Positions 24,656 through 38,537 are shown, counted from the first letter of the stretch. The stretch is 64,000 bases of DNA from Octopus sinensis (GCF_006345805.1 NC_042999.1:97898001-97962000); one strand, 5' to 3'. Translations and numbers: made by a program. The notes: generated from the letters alone by a model not told the origin.

Positions 24656-25690
24656 AGAATATATAATATTGGGATGCTGATTATGAGCATCAGCAATATG
24701 GCTTAGAGAAAGTGTCTCAAGGGAGCGTTTTGTATACTGAATACATATACTGCTCTTATATACGTAATATTGTTAGTTGAAAATGCAAGTTGCATTTGCG
24801 ATACCTCCGTCTCCAGCAACACCGACGCTTCCACCACCATTACTCCTACCATTGGCTGAGACGACTAGTGGTCTGTTCAATGATCCTTGGCTATCAATTG
24901 GATCCGGTCGGGCTGCATAAATATCACCAACAGCATTACTTCCATTATAATCGTTATCAGTGCTACAGTCATCATCGCCAACACCGCTTCTGTCTTCATC
25001 AGGATTTCCCTTTATAGCTAGACATTCATTCACTAACCACATACAGGCAAACTGGCGTTGGGTTGATCTATGGACGTTCTCATTTAGTTATACACGATCA
25101 CACACACACGTGCGCCTGATCGTGTATATCAATCTATCAGTTCGTCTGTCTATATGAATCGAATGTGTGTGTGCGCGCTTGCTTGCTTGCTTGCGCGCGC
25201 GTGTGTTAGTGTGTGTGTATGCGCGTGTGTATTTATGTACGTATGCACGTATGTATGTGTGTATGTATGTATGTATGTATGTATGTGTGTGTATGTATGT
25301 ATGTATATACCCATGTATGTATCTCCTTTTGTTCCTTACTAAGAAACAAAACTCCATCCCTGGAATCTAGTCATCGACAACTGTAACATGCTAAGCTATA
25401 GAAAAGTCTTGCATATGTTCACTGTTCCGCTTACAATCTGAATTTGCTGACTGCGTATTAGAAAGTCCTTTTCTTTAAAAGGAAATGCAACTACTCAAAA
25501 TTATTGATTAAATATTTTTTTACGCAACCAAAATGAGCTAATGGTTACTGGTGAAAATGTGTATTTATAATTTAGGCAGAAAAGTTGTAGATCGGGAAAA
25601 ATCATTTGTCCGTGTACTCTTGCTGATTTCAAATGAATTATTCGTAACTTCCGGTCATCCAACCGCCATAACAGTACTTGATTTTTGTTT

Positions 25691-26130
25691 TCTAGGTTAG
25701 ACTACTATAACAGGTCTATTGTATTTGCAAAACATAGGAATGTTCTACCACTATTTCATCAATAATCCCATGAATCCCATCAATAATTGAATACATTCAA
25801 CGTCGGTAGTATTCATAATATTTATTTGAGGGCAATCCTCTGGACAGCATTCTATATCAATTTTGGCGAGAACATCTGTAGCCTTGACTGATTTGTAATG
25901 AGCTTCGTGAAATCCACCCATATTTCAGACACTGAAATGACAATATACGAGGTAGACATGTTTTCTTCAGACATCGAGATATGTTGTCAAAGCTACTCTA
26001 GCTGGGAAGTGACATAATTTTGAGTTCATTTTGCCCAAGAAATTTTTGAATCACATTTAATCGAAGAACGGCCTTCCCGAATCTTTCACGACAGAGGGAA
26101 AACTAAATGAAGTGATTGGACTACGCGTGA
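25691..26130 (+). mobile_element. Possible very old L2/CR1-type LINE C-terminal relic
   Basis: Starts SRLDYYN (cf. the SRLDYCN motif); downstream similarity is weak and stop-ridden. Confidence 0.3.
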
Positions 26131-27107
26131 GTTTCATGATAATGATGCCGTTGTATGTGTAGTTTCCCCTCCTTACTGAAATATCAGCGTTTATTTTAAC
26201 TGGTCATATGCTCGTTTGCAACTGTAGCCTGTCTTGCTCTTCTCGTAAAATTTTGTGCAACCTTTCACCCTTTAAATTTAGTCTAAATACTGACACAAGT
26301 AAAAGAATAAAAGAATATATATATGTAAATATGTGTTTAAGTCTACACATAAGTGATATATTTAACCAGACACCATATTTAACACCACCACCTTCCACCA
26401 ACCGGTCTTCAAGGCCCCGTAGGGTAACAGTCTTGGAGGGCTGGTGGTAGCCAAAATGTCATGATTAGATGCAAATAAAGCAGGATATGACATCAATATT
26501 TTGCTAGCAATTTTGCCTACTTTGCCTACTTATACCAAATAGGTGAATGGAGTCAATAACACTTCACCGGAAATTCCAAATACAGAAATGAATTTGACAT
26601 CTGAAACACAAAAGCATTCTGCCATCCTCATCAGGTCGCTAATCCAACAATGAAGACTTTGTATGGCATGACGAAAGGTTGACGAGTCTGACGGAGTCTG
26701 TATACTTACAATCAAAAGTATAGGCACAGCAGGAAATCGAATTCGTATTGTCGTATTAGCTTACTGTCAGCTCTTCATCGTATTACTGCATTGTGCATGA
26801 TTTACATACACCTATGTCAATTACAGCATGCATTGTGGAGGTGTTACTTTCAGCAGCTGCTCACGAGAAATAACAACGATTTTGGCACATCCCAACAATA
26901 TCGTTCTTACCTGTGGTGCCAAGCAGCATTGATGCTACAATGAATGCCCAGTATCATCCTGTCTTCCATGCAGCTGCTGAAACATCCTGGGCAGCCACAA
27001 CTATCCAAAGACTGAGTTACTATATGCCAAAGATTTATCATTCACTCTCATAATTGTCTTTTCACATACACATACGGACACACACGAGTACGCTCACACA
27101 CATTTCC

Positions 27108-27250
27108 TATACATACATACATACATACATACATACATACATACATACATACATACTTACATACTTACATACACATATACATACATACATACATACATAC
27201 ATACATACATACATACATACATACATACATACATACATACATACATACGT
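27108..27250. repeat. (CATA)n microsatellite
   Basis: Directly visible. Confidence 0.96.
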
Positions 27251-27574
27251 ACGTCGTACATAAATACATGCACACACGCGCGCGCCACTTAAGCAGACAT
27301 TTTTGGTGTACGCTTCAAGTATTTTAGTTACGTGTATCGATTCCTGTACTTTGTTCCATATTTTATTGATCTCTGAGGAGAAATGTCTTTAAAAACATAA
27401 ACTTCCCTTAATCAAAAAACGAAAAATTAGTTTTTTTCCTTTTCGTTTATTTTCTCCTTCCTATTATTAATTGATACAACGTGAAAAATTAGTTATCTTA
27501 ATTCCAGATAGAGTGACGTTAATTGAACAGACGATCAGAAGAAAAAAAAGCCAGTAGGTATCAAATATGGATGG

Positions 27575-27771
27575 CAGTAGCTTTCTCCTTGCTAGCGTAT
27601 GCAGAAAGTGGCGAGCTGGCAAGATCGTTTGCACACCGGACAAAAAATTGCTCAGAGGCATTTCTTCCAGCTAGCTTTACGTTCTGAGTTCAAATTCTGC
27701 CAGGGTCTATAAAATAAGGTGCCTCGCAGTGGGACTGAACTCAGAACCATGTGATTGGTAAGCAAGCCACT

Positions 27772-27775
<4 letters not shown>
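27575..27775. mobile_element. SINE B head (+) fused to a SINE A head fragment (-)
   Basis: GGCGAGCTGGCAAGATCGTT...CTGAGTTCAAATTC then GGTGCCTCGCAGTGGGACTGAAC...AAGCAAGC. Confidence 0.75.
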
Positions 27776-27814
<39 letters not shown>

Positions 27815-27834
27815 AAATGTATATATATATACAT

Positions 27835-28048
27835 TCAAGATGTGACCGCGTGTGTACCGTTGGCGATTTTTTCCCTCCGTCTTCCCTTCTCTGGATTTTT
27901 CCTTTCCCTATGTTTCTGACGAAGAGCTCTGCTCGAAACGTTAACCCTCCTTCTTTCCTTCCTTCCCGAGCATCCAATAATACTATACTTGTTCCACGTC
28001 CTCGCATTGTTGTGTTTTCTCTTTGTGTTTTCATGTTTGGATTAACTA
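27835..28048 (+). mobile_element. Penelope-like short non-autonomous element flanked by (TA)n
   Basis: Reverse-complement homolog of 345-572; 3' end GGATTAACT then TA run. Confidence 0.72.
27912..27945 (+). ncRNA. Minimal type I hammerhead-ribozyme-like motif with canonical CTGACGA core
   Basis: GTTT-CTGACGA-A-GAGC-TCT-GCTC-GAA-ACGT-T-AAC; stem I is weakened by one missing A relative to the 477-511 copy. Confidence 0.62.
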
Positions 28049-28069
28049 ATATATATATATATATATATA

Positions 28070-28133
<64 letters not shown>

Positions 28134-28649
28134 ATATAATATATATATATATATATAATATATATATATATTATATATATATGGATAAATAGATAGATAG
28201 ACAGATAGAAAGATACACACACACGCATCAACACACAGGCACACACACATGTTCATATATATATGAATATATATGTATCTATGTACGCACCCATATATAC
28301 ATAGACTCATCAAATCAGGTATAAAATGTATCTCTGCCCTCACGAGTGTATTGCAAACCGATGTATGATTTCATTGATACTTGAGCCGTCAATAAAAGAA
28401 ACAGAATACTTAATTTAATCACGAAACAATCACACACGCATACACTCACACACAATATTTGCAAAGCCTTAGGAAAAGACACAAACATAGAATTATGCTT
28501 ACGACAGAATAGACTCACACAAGAAAGACCTACATATGTGTGTATGTGTGTGTGTGTGTGCGTGCGTGCGCGAGTATGTGTGTATGCATGCGATTATATG
28601 TATAGGTATATGTGTTTGTATGTATGGATATAGATTTACGTGTGTGCAA

Positions 28650-28735
28650 TTGTGTATGTATGTATGTATGTATGTATGTATGTATGTATGTATGTATGTA
28701 TGTATGTATGTATGTGTATACACACACATACATAC
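28650..28735. repeat. (TATG)n microsatellite in CA/TG-rich block
   Basis: Directly visible. Confidence 0.95.
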
Positions 28736-29529
28736 ATAATACACAAATTCATCTACACATACTCTCAGAAACACTATTCATGCAAAAATACAGAAACACA
28801 CCAACTCACCTTTACGCACGTACACATCACTCCACACACCGTTCACCTTTACCCACCTATCCACATTGTGCACGCACACACATACACACACACGCGCGCG
28901 CGCGCACGCACGCACACATGCATGTAATCACTTAAACTTACACATATGTACATTCATGAAACGAAATAGTAAAATTTTCCTTCTGCCCTCTACTAACTAA
29001 AAAAAATAAATAAATGAAAGCATGTCAGGAAGTGATGCAGAACGACATCTAGCGTCCCATTGTCGCTATTTCAGCGCCGTCGAGCAGGTGGGTTTCCTCC
29101 ATCTAAACATAACAAGTCAAGAGGAATAAATGACTTTATGAACGGCAGTCTCGTGTGTTTTATGTCGTGTTGTGGCGTGCAACATGTCGCCCGGTTTTAC
29201 GTTTTACGTTACCACCGGTTGTTTAGTACTTTGAAAGGTGTCCATTCTGTTGCACCGGTACGGTTTAGCCGAATGGTTAAGGAGTTCGTTTAGCGGCCAC
29301 AAGGTCTCGGGCTCAAATAGCCTGCGTGGGATCTAGAGCAAACTTCGACTCGACATCTACCTTGTGAGTGAAATTGGGTTGAAAGGAAGCTGGAATAGAA
29401 GACTGTCGGATAGAGTTACCTGTACTCCAAAGGTACAGTCTTTTTCACACAATGTGTCACGCAGGTTCTGTCTGAGAGTCACGATAAGGCTACACGTGTC
29501 TGTGTTCTCATAACGCAATTCTTTAACAG

Positions 29530-30115
29530 ATTGCCGGACCGAGTAATGAGTCGTGTTCTTGAGTAAAACACTTCATTTCACGTTGCACTGTGATCAGCTG
29601 ACATGTTAGTTAGTTAGTTAGTTAATTTGGCTCAAAAAGCAAAAAGCAAGGCCATGTAGGGGGACATGGAGTTATGTACAGGGTGGTGTTCATGTAAAGA
29701 GTTCAGGCCACTTGTGGTCAAGGGAGACTTTGAACCGAGCCGTCGTCGGCATCCTCACCATCTCGTCCGGCAGCTTATTCCACGGATCCGCAACCCGGAC
29801 GGAGAAAGCCCCTCTCCTTCGATTGAGATGAAATCGTCGCAGATAGAGCTTTTCGGAGTGACCCCGCAGCCGACGCTCTGGATCAGGAGTGAAGAACAGC
29901 TCTTTCAAGAGGTTACACTTTCCGCTTATGATGTTGTGAGCAAGAATGAGATCACAACGGCGTCGTCGTTTTTCTAGGTAGCACACCATGCGCCTGTACA
30001 GGCAACGTCGATTTGATAGAGAGAGTAAGCTCATGCACAGTTCAAACATTTGATCATTATAAACAAATCATCTGTGCGGGTTGTTCAGCAAGAAATTGCT
30101 CGAGAGACTAAAAAC
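29530..30115 (+). mobile_element. SINE family E, split by a CR1 insertion
   Basis: 29530-29605 plus 29978-30115 reassemble colinearly with 56870-57110 and 57683-57935. Confidence 0.8.
29606..29977 (-). mobile_element. 5'-truncated CR1-clade LINE 3' end with (TAAC)n tail
   Basis: EKRRRRCDLILAHNII...RLRGHSEKL...RRGAFSVRVADPWNKLP; tail reads (TTAG)n on + at 29606-29624. Confidence 0.9.
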
Positions 30116-30435
30116 AAATGCATGTGTCTGTGGAATGATCGGCCACTTACACGCAATTCAGAAACAGTAACTCTTTTGATCAAAACCGATAACTTTGTTG
30201 TTAAGAAGGTCACTTTAAAATCACATTAGTTTTGAGTACAATCCTAATGCACTGAGGTTTAGAAAAAAACTTTTACCATAACCTCGAGTCGACTTAAGCC
30301 TTGTGTGAAATTGGGTCGATGGAAATAGTCGCATGAGCCTCACCGTTAGCTACTACAGCTCCCGTGATCTAGCCTCAGATATTTTCACAGTAAATCTGTC
30401 GGTCTATCTGTCTGTATGTCTGTCTGTCTCTGTCT

Positions 30436-30509
<74 letters not shown>

Positions 30510-30510
30510 A

Positions 30511-30541
<31 letters not shown>

Positions 30542-30776
30542 GTTAACTATTTAACACACATTTTGTTTATTAAATGTATTGTCAATTGTGGAACACGACT
30601 GTCACGACATAAACCTGATGATTACGTAACGTATGAATGTACTAGTTTATTTCAACAGTATAGAATTGTAAAATTGTAAAAATTGCAAATAATAAAATGT
30701 GAAAATCAGACTAAATTGGAATTTCATTGATAGATATAAACGTGTGTGTGTGTGATAGAAATAGCGAGGAGCGAGT

Positions 30777-30777
<1 letters not shown>

Positions 30778-30858
<81 letters not shown>
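30778..30858. repeat. (GA)n microsatellite
   Basis: Directly visible. Confidence 0.97.
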
Positions 30859-30862
<4 letters not shown>

Positions 30863-31599
30863 AAGGGAATGTGCTTCAATGGAGAATCCGCATGTTAAAT
30901 ACAACTATGCTCTGCTCTTGCATATGTAACGTAGTGAGTTAAAAAACTTAAAAACTACAAGCAGAATAGAGTGCCATTAGCAAGGGAGGTAATTGATTAA
31001 AAAAACCCCATAACCTTTACATAATAGAAAGCTTATTCTCACATCAATTCACATTTTTTCTGCTTCTTTTTACATTATTCGGTTTTTGGAGAGTTTGTGG
31101 TGCATGCATAGTGTGTGTGTATGAGGGAAGGGATGAAGGAACGACGCTATTGTTTTCTTCCTATTTTTGTTTTCCATCGATAAAAGAGCAATGCAAGAAT
31201 GCGCGACCTGATCAAAGTTGAGTTACTATGGCAATCGTGCCTTGTCTGACTTGGCAACATCTTTGAGTGGAAAGAGGTTGTAGTGGGGTCGTATGGTCAC
31301 ATATGAAGTAGCGTAGTAGTGTGGCGAGAGATTATTGGGAAATGTGTGCGTATGCATGCGAGTGTGTATGTGTATGAGTGTACGCATGCTTGTGTGTATG
31401 TGTGCGTGTGTGTGTGTGTATGTGTGAGGTTTAATGTATGAACGTGATTAGAGGTTGTAGAAAAAGAATTAAAATGTAAAACTTACCAATAGTTTATAAT
31501 GTTCATACGAAAACATGACCTGGTGGCAGTGAATGAGCGGAACCATAATCAAAGGTATTCAAGTACCTATTATTCCGTCTTTTTGTTCATTTCTTCATC

Positions 31600-31785
31600 G
31601 TCTTCGTTGTCGTCGATGCGTTTCCACTTTGCCAAGGATGTTTCCACGGTTTCTGAAACCATGGGACCAATCATTCGTGAGTTCGATTAGTTTGTAGACA
31701 AAATCACAAGCTCCATCACACAGTCTGCTCGGTCTTCACAGCTCCTTAACTGTGGTACAAATTGAAAAGTTTCCTTGCTCGTAGA
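31600..31785 (-). pseudogene. Possible frameshifted homeobox relic
   Basis: In homeodomain order across frames: RARKLF (31765-31782), QL-EL (31740-31753), TNRT, WFQ(N)R (31646-31661), AKWKRI (31615-31632). Needs several indels and includes a stop. Confidence 0.4.
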
Positions 31786-32839
31786 GAGATATTGAGTCTG
31801 CAGTCTGTCGTGATCCACCTTGATGCTTTATCTCGGTGTGTGAGAAGCGATGACATAATCTTTAGTGAGATTGAATCAATAGGCCGCATTTGAACTTAGA
31901 ACACAAAACATTGTGAAAGATATAGCATGGTAGCTCGTCTGATACTCTAACGATTTCATCAATACTTCACTATTAACTGGTACTGTATATATCAACCCTG
32001 ACAGGGTAAAAAACAATGCTGTAATGGCTGAAGTGTTATTGCTATTCATGTAGTTATTCAGTCACAATAGTTTACCTATAACTACAAGATCCAGTTTCTC
32101 CTTTCTTTTTTTTATGACATAAGATTTAAGATATATTGGGCCGGTATATTTAAAAGTTCGAACGATCACGTACAGTTTTCCTTTTTGGCAGTTATTAACG
32201 TTGTTGTCCACGATCGGGTTGTGAAAGTTGGTGTAATTATTGATAGAAGCAATGAAACTTGAGGTCGCGTTAAACACAAGGACTTCCGAAGCTAATAATA
32301 CCTCGGTTCCCTATTCCTCTTGGTTATTTTCACAGTTGGAGATTAAACTCTCGTCATCACTAACAAAATTTACTGAAGAATTTTAGTCGCAGTCTCACTA
32401 CTCGGAAATGACGAAACCAGTTGTTTAAATCGACGTCAGCACATATAACCGGTACATTCTTTGATCGACTGCAGAACGACGAAAAGTAACGTTGGCTTTG
32501 GATGAATTTGAGTTTAACCCCAAAAAGTGCCGGAACAGACTGCAAAAAATTTTGCACGACTATATCTAACGATTCGGCCAATCTGAGATATGGTGATAAC
32601 ATTTGATGATTATAACAATGAGGGTGGCGTTAGCGACGAATAACGGGATTATATTAATGAAGGGGGTGAAAGTGGGTGTGTATTTGTGATGATGGCATTG
32701 CTATTGTTGTTGATGGTGTTAGTAGTAGTGAATGATGTGTTGCTGTTAGAATTAGAGATTAAAGTGAGGCTGTGATATGTCTAAATAAAAAAAGCATAGA
32801 TGACAAAAGTCAACTTGCCAGTTGAGTCACGAAGTGCGT

Positions 32840-32876
<37 letters not shown>

Positions 32877-33044
32877 ATGTGCGCGGGCGCAGTAGTGTGT
32901 GTGCTCGTGTGTAAGTGTGTCTATGTACGAGTTTGCGTAGTTGTGCGTGTTTACGTGTACTTAACTGAGTTTATCCAGATACATACTAACTGATATTGTT
33001 TGAGCTTGAGTTTATCAAGTAATTTCAACAGACACACGCATACA

Positions 33045-33077
<33 letters not shown>

Positions 33078-33078
33078 T

Positions 33079-33109
<31 letters not shown>

Positions 33110-33457
33110 CACGCACACCACTCAAGTGACATTTGTCTGTGATGTCTGTGCTTTTCTTGTTTGGATTTTCAACTTTTAACATACACTCACACACTCACGC
33201 ATAGCTTCACTAACGCACCTGCGCACTTGTACGCACCAACGAGAATTGTGAATGATATTAAAGGCCTTTTCCCTAACGAAGAGAAGAGCCTCATTAAATG
33301 ACTGGTACCATCTATTTTATGGAGCTGCTCTTCAAATTGACAATGATTGAATTTGAACGCGGAATTATTAATCAACTAATAGCAACAAAACCGCAACTCC
33401 ATCATTTACCCATAACGCGCAGACACAAATACACACACGCACACATACACACACACG

Positions 33458-33632
33458 TGTGGTATGAGGCTTACTTCCCAACCACGTGGTTTCAGGTTCA
33501 GTCACAATGCGTAGCACTTTGTGCAAGTGTATTCTACTATAGCCTCGAGCCGACCAAAGCCTTGAGTGAATTTGGTCGAGGGAAACTGAAAGAAACCTGA
33601 CGTATACGTGTGTGTATTTCTCTTTCTCTCTA

Positions 33633-33691
<59 letters not shown>

Positions 33692-34085
33692 TATAATGTT
33701 GTGGTGTGTGTGTGTGTGGTGTGTGTGTGGTGTGTGTTGTGTGCGTGTGTGCATGTGTGTGTGTGCGTGTTGTGTGTGTAATGTGTGTGAGTATGCGAAT
33801 GTGTGTGTTTGTTGTGTGTGTAGTCTGAGTGTTGCGTGTGTGTGCGTGTGTACATGTGTGTGTCTATGTTTGCGTTTGTCCACCACCCTCGCTTGACAAC
33901 CGATGTTAGTTTGTTTATGTCCTATTACTACGCGGTTTCGAAAAAGAGACTGCTAAACTAGGTACCAAGATTTAAAAAAAATATAAGTAGTGGGGTCCAG
34001 TTGTTCAACTAAAACCCTTCAAGGCCTTGCTTCAGCATGGCCGCAATCTAATGACTGAAACAAGTAAAAGATAAAAGATAAAATA
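33458..34085 (+). mobile_element. SINE family A with greatly expanded (TA)/(TG) linker
   Basis: Head 33458-33605, linker about 33605-33870, tail to AAACAAGTAAAAGATAAAAGA. Confidence 0.88.
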
Positions 34086-35135
34086 AATATATATTCCTTC
34101 TATGCTACTGCATGTGTAAAAAATAGGGAAAAATCCCTAATGAATCATTTAACGTTCTGTTGACCGCTCCTCAAAGAAGACATGCCCTGGTTTCTTTACC
34201 AATCAATAGTATATGTCATTTACTACAAAAAAACAACAAAACAAAACAAAAACAAACAAAAAAAAACAGAAAAAAACAAACAAAGACCCATAAAATAAGA
34301 ATAGAACCGTGGTGGATAGCCTAATTTGCAGACTTGTACTTTTAACATTTCAGTATTGATTAAACGATGTATAGTTTCTGCACAACACAACGCAAATCAG
34401 AACTAAAATAAACTTAAACTTTATAAAGTCTTATTGTAGGTTAAATGTAAATGTAAACCCTTTCTTTTTGTGCTGCTCATTAAATATTGCAGCTTATCTA
34501 TGTTAGTGATTGGAGAGAGAAGCCAGTTCAGTCTTATCTGAAGATCGCTTAACGAACAGTCAAACAGTTTGTCAGGGACTCTCTCCCCGTATTTGACGAA
34601 GATCAGTAGAATATAAAAAAAAACGGGGTTATATTCTTCTATAACTCACAATGAAGATTTATAATGGTTGAATATGTTTTATTACACACCATCACACACA
34701 TAAGGGGAAAAATCGGAGATTCGGTTACATGATATCTTTTATCATGTCATAAATTACATAATCTTTACAAGCGTTTCATTAACATACACTAGTATGTTAT
34801 GCAGTAGACGGTTGCAAAATCACCTTATAATTCCAGCTCATCAGAGAAATAAAGTAATTTAATCTATTGTTGATGACCAATGTCAGTTGGTAGGTAGATC
34901 CAACCTGAGAACTGCCTACTACAAGTCTTAGATGTACACTCTTGTAATCTAAGCAAATGAATATAATATCGAACGAAAACCTGAGGACAGACCAGGTTTA
35001 ATATCTGTTCGAATGTTGGCCATACGTGGATTAACCTGAAGTTCTAAGCAACTTTTCAACACACACACATGCACACAAACGCGCGCACGCACGCAACACA
35101 CACAAACACTCACAATATATATATGTATATACACA

Positions 35136-36107
35136 CAGACATGACGGAAGTGATTAGACACCTCAGAACTTGTAATGGCTTATATTTTTTATTAATTAAT
35201 ATTTCTACGTTTTAGGTTCTATATGTGCCTGTTTAACCATACAATATACAAAAGAAGCCTTGGAACTGTTTGAATTTCAAAGAGGCGGTATTGTGGGTCA
35301 TTCTGAAAGTAGACACAGCATAAAATCGCAGAACACCTTGGGATTCCGCTTTCTACAGCTAATAGAGTGATTGTGCAATTCATCAGAAAGGGAAAGGGGT
35401 CCACATCACCTTGCTCAGATCAACCAGGGCCCCTTAACAGAACCTCGTTGCAAGGCCTCTGACATAGCAGAACAAGTTGGTGTCAGTCCCAGAACAGCTG
35501 TCAGGTATTTCCACAAATTTAGTTACCATGGTAGAGCAGCAAGAAGAAAGCCACTTCTTTGACCAATCAATGTGAAGCAGAGAAAAGATTGTGCCAGTGA
35601 GATGATGGAGAGGCCACTAGCATTTTGGGACACAGTCATATTCTCTGATGAGTCCAGATTTGCTGCATTTTCTGACAGTGGTCGAATGTGGGTCTGGAGA
35701 CTCTGTGATCAAAAATTTGATGTGAAAAGATTGCAGCCAACAATTAAACATGACTGAAGATTTGTTGGATGAGAATGACATGAAGCTTCCATGGCCAAGC
35801 CAGTCACTAGATATGAACCTTTTTGAACACCCCTGGGACATAATAGACAGGACACTTCATAAAAAGAACAAGAAAGCTTCTTCAAAGCCAGATCATTTGA
35901 GATTACAGCATGAAGCTTGGCAAGAAATTCGGCAAGACAATATTCGTCATCTGATCAGTAACATGCCTAACAGGGACCTTTCATTAAAAATGCAAAGGGC
36001 ATGTCTACTAGATATTAAATATTCACATTACAACAATTAATAATTTGAATATATAATTTCGGATTTAAATAAATTTTATGATTATAAGGGTGTCTGTTTA
36101 CTTCTGT

Positions 36108-36115
<8 letters not shown>
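35136..36115 (+). mobile_element. Tc1-family transposon relic with both TIRs, internally deleted
   Basis: GRAARRKPLL, FWDTVIFSDESRF, WPSQSLDMNLFEHPW; 27-bp imperfect TIRs at 35136-35162 and 36089-36115. Confidence 0.92.
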
Positions 36116-36156
<41 letters not shown>

Positions 36157-36175
36157 GTATATGTGTATGTATATA

Positions 36176-36208
<33 letters not shown>

Positions 36209-36251
36209 ATTATATATATATATATATATATATATACATGTGTGTGTGTAT

Positions 36252-36330
36252 AGTTAATCCAAACATGAACAAAGAGAAAAACACAACAACGCGAGGACGT
36301 GGAACAAGTATAGTGTTATTGGACGCTCAG
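36252..36330 (-). mobile_element. 3' fragment of the Penelope-like short element
   Basis: AGTTAATCCAAACATGAACAAAGAG...GGACGCTCAGGAAAGGAA matches the reverse complement of about 27960-28048; TA runs on both sides. Confidence 0.8.
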
Positions 36331-36348
36331 GAAAGGAAATATATATAT

Positions 36349-36382
<34 letters not shown>

Positions 36383-36744
36383 CAGCGTGAGAGATGGAAA
36401 GAGAAATAAGGATGAAGAAAAAAAGCAATGAATACTTTTGATAAATAATATAAATATATGTATGTATGTGTGCATGTATGTGTGCATGTATGTGTGCATG
36501 TATGTATGTATGCATGAATGGAAGTATGTATGTATGTATGCATGAATATGCATGTATGTAACAACATATATTTTTCGACACTCTCACACATACACACAAA
36601 AGCTTCCATATATCAATAACTGGTCAGACTCTGATAGTTTTACAAAACATTGATAGTTTCTTTTGTAATAAAAGATTTCTCATAGCAGAGAATTAGAAGC
36701 TTTGTGTGCTTGTAGGATTGATGCATATGCGTACGCGATGAACA

Positions 36745-36784
36745 CAAATCACACACACACACACACACGCACACACACACACAC

Positions 36785-36816
<32 letters not shown>

Positions 36817-36897
36817 GACACACACACACACACCCACACCTACACACACACACACACACTACACACACACACACACATACACACACACAACACGCAC

Positions 36898-36930
<33 letters not shown>

Positions 36931-37174
36931 CCACACACACACACACACCACATATACACACACACACACACACACATACACACATACACACACACACACA
37001 ACACACACACACACCACACACACACATGACAGCTGATATACATAGATAAGACATCGGCATATAGAAGCTCGATACGAATAGATACTGATACTCATGCGTA
37101 CTTATATACTGAGGCATAGATATACACACACATACATTAAAAGTCATACGCACACATTAAAGCACAATAGCCCA

Positions 37175-37220
<46 letters not shown>

Positions 37221-37230
37221 ACACACACAC
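36745..37230. repeat. Imperfect (CA)n block
   Basis: Directly visible. Confidence 0.93.
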
Positions 37231-37384
37231 ACACATGTAAACTAACACCAACGCATACGCTCATTCTAACAGTCTTGATAAAAGTACAATACCAAACAAT
37301 GTAGTCTTTATATTATTGCTATATTTATTGATTGTTATGTATAATTATTGTTATATTTATTAAATATATTTCTCTGTGGTACAA

Positions 37385-37428
37385 GAGCACTCACGACGAC
37401 AACTACGACGACGACGACCACCACCACC

Positions 37429-37466
<38 letters not shown>

Positions 37467-37713
37467 CACTTTCATCATCATCATCGTCATCATCCTCATC
37501 ACTAGAATTACTGCCATCGTCACCATAACCACTATCATCACCACTTTCACCACCAACACCCCATCACCATCACCATCACCACCACCACCACCATCATTAC
37601 CACTATCAGCATCACCATCACATTCACTACAATCACGACCACGATCACCACCATCACAAGTAACAACATCAATACCACTTGCGGCACCATCACTACTACC
37701 ACAGCTACCACTT

Positions 37714-37774
<61 letters not shown>

Positions 37775-38135
37775 ACTACTACTACTAGGACGATGACAAC
37801 GTTCATAACCACCACCACCACCACCACTACTACCACCATTATCTTCCTCCTCATCATCATCATTATTACAACCAGCCATACTAACACTACTACCATTATC
37901 ACCACCACCACCACCGCCACCACTACTCTCATCGCCATTGCATCCCCGCCACAACATCACCACCGGCATACCATGAATATCGTTTCTATCTCTTCCATCA
38001 CCAATATTACTATAACCACCACTAACAGTTGGGTTCTCTCACTACAACCATCATCAATATTATTACCATAACTGCAATCAACATAACCACCACTACAAGA
38101 AGCGCCATCACAAGTACTACCACCACCACCACCAC

Positions 38136-38172
<37 letters not shown>

Positions 38173-38180
38173 CCCGCCGT
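37385..38180. repeat. Mixed trinucleotide block (ACC/AAC/ATC/ACT/CCG)
   Basis: Directly visible; source of the poly-T/H/Y/V/G ORFs. Confidence 0.93.
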
Positions 38181-38424
38181 CATCAGTAGTTTCACTGGCA
38201 TCGCCAGCACAGCGACCTTTTGTATTGTAAATTTTGCTGTTATTGAAATTATTCACATTTTTATTGGAATTCATCAATTTTTCAATACAATAGGTCGGTT
38301 GAATGTATGAAAGAAGGAGAATCTTAATGACGGCGCTCCGAGTAAAAATAAACTTAGTTGACCTCTTTTTAACAGAACGATAGTCTCATGACGACTCACT
38401 ATGACAAATTATAATGTGCATATA

Positions 38425-38537
<113 letters not shown>

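Noticed and set aside
26460-26940. Possible RT relic on minus (PQ..IL and *ANTT resembling PQG and YADD)
   Set aside because: Motif spacing is too long and the matches are too weak to call by eye.
29978-30049. N-terminus of ORF 29690-30049 as part of CR1
   Set aside because: These bases belong to the host SINE E read antisense.
37340-38310. Mucin-like, poly-Thr or poly-His protein
   Set aside because: Trinucleotide microsatellite mosaic open in several frames on both strands, with no splice or start context.
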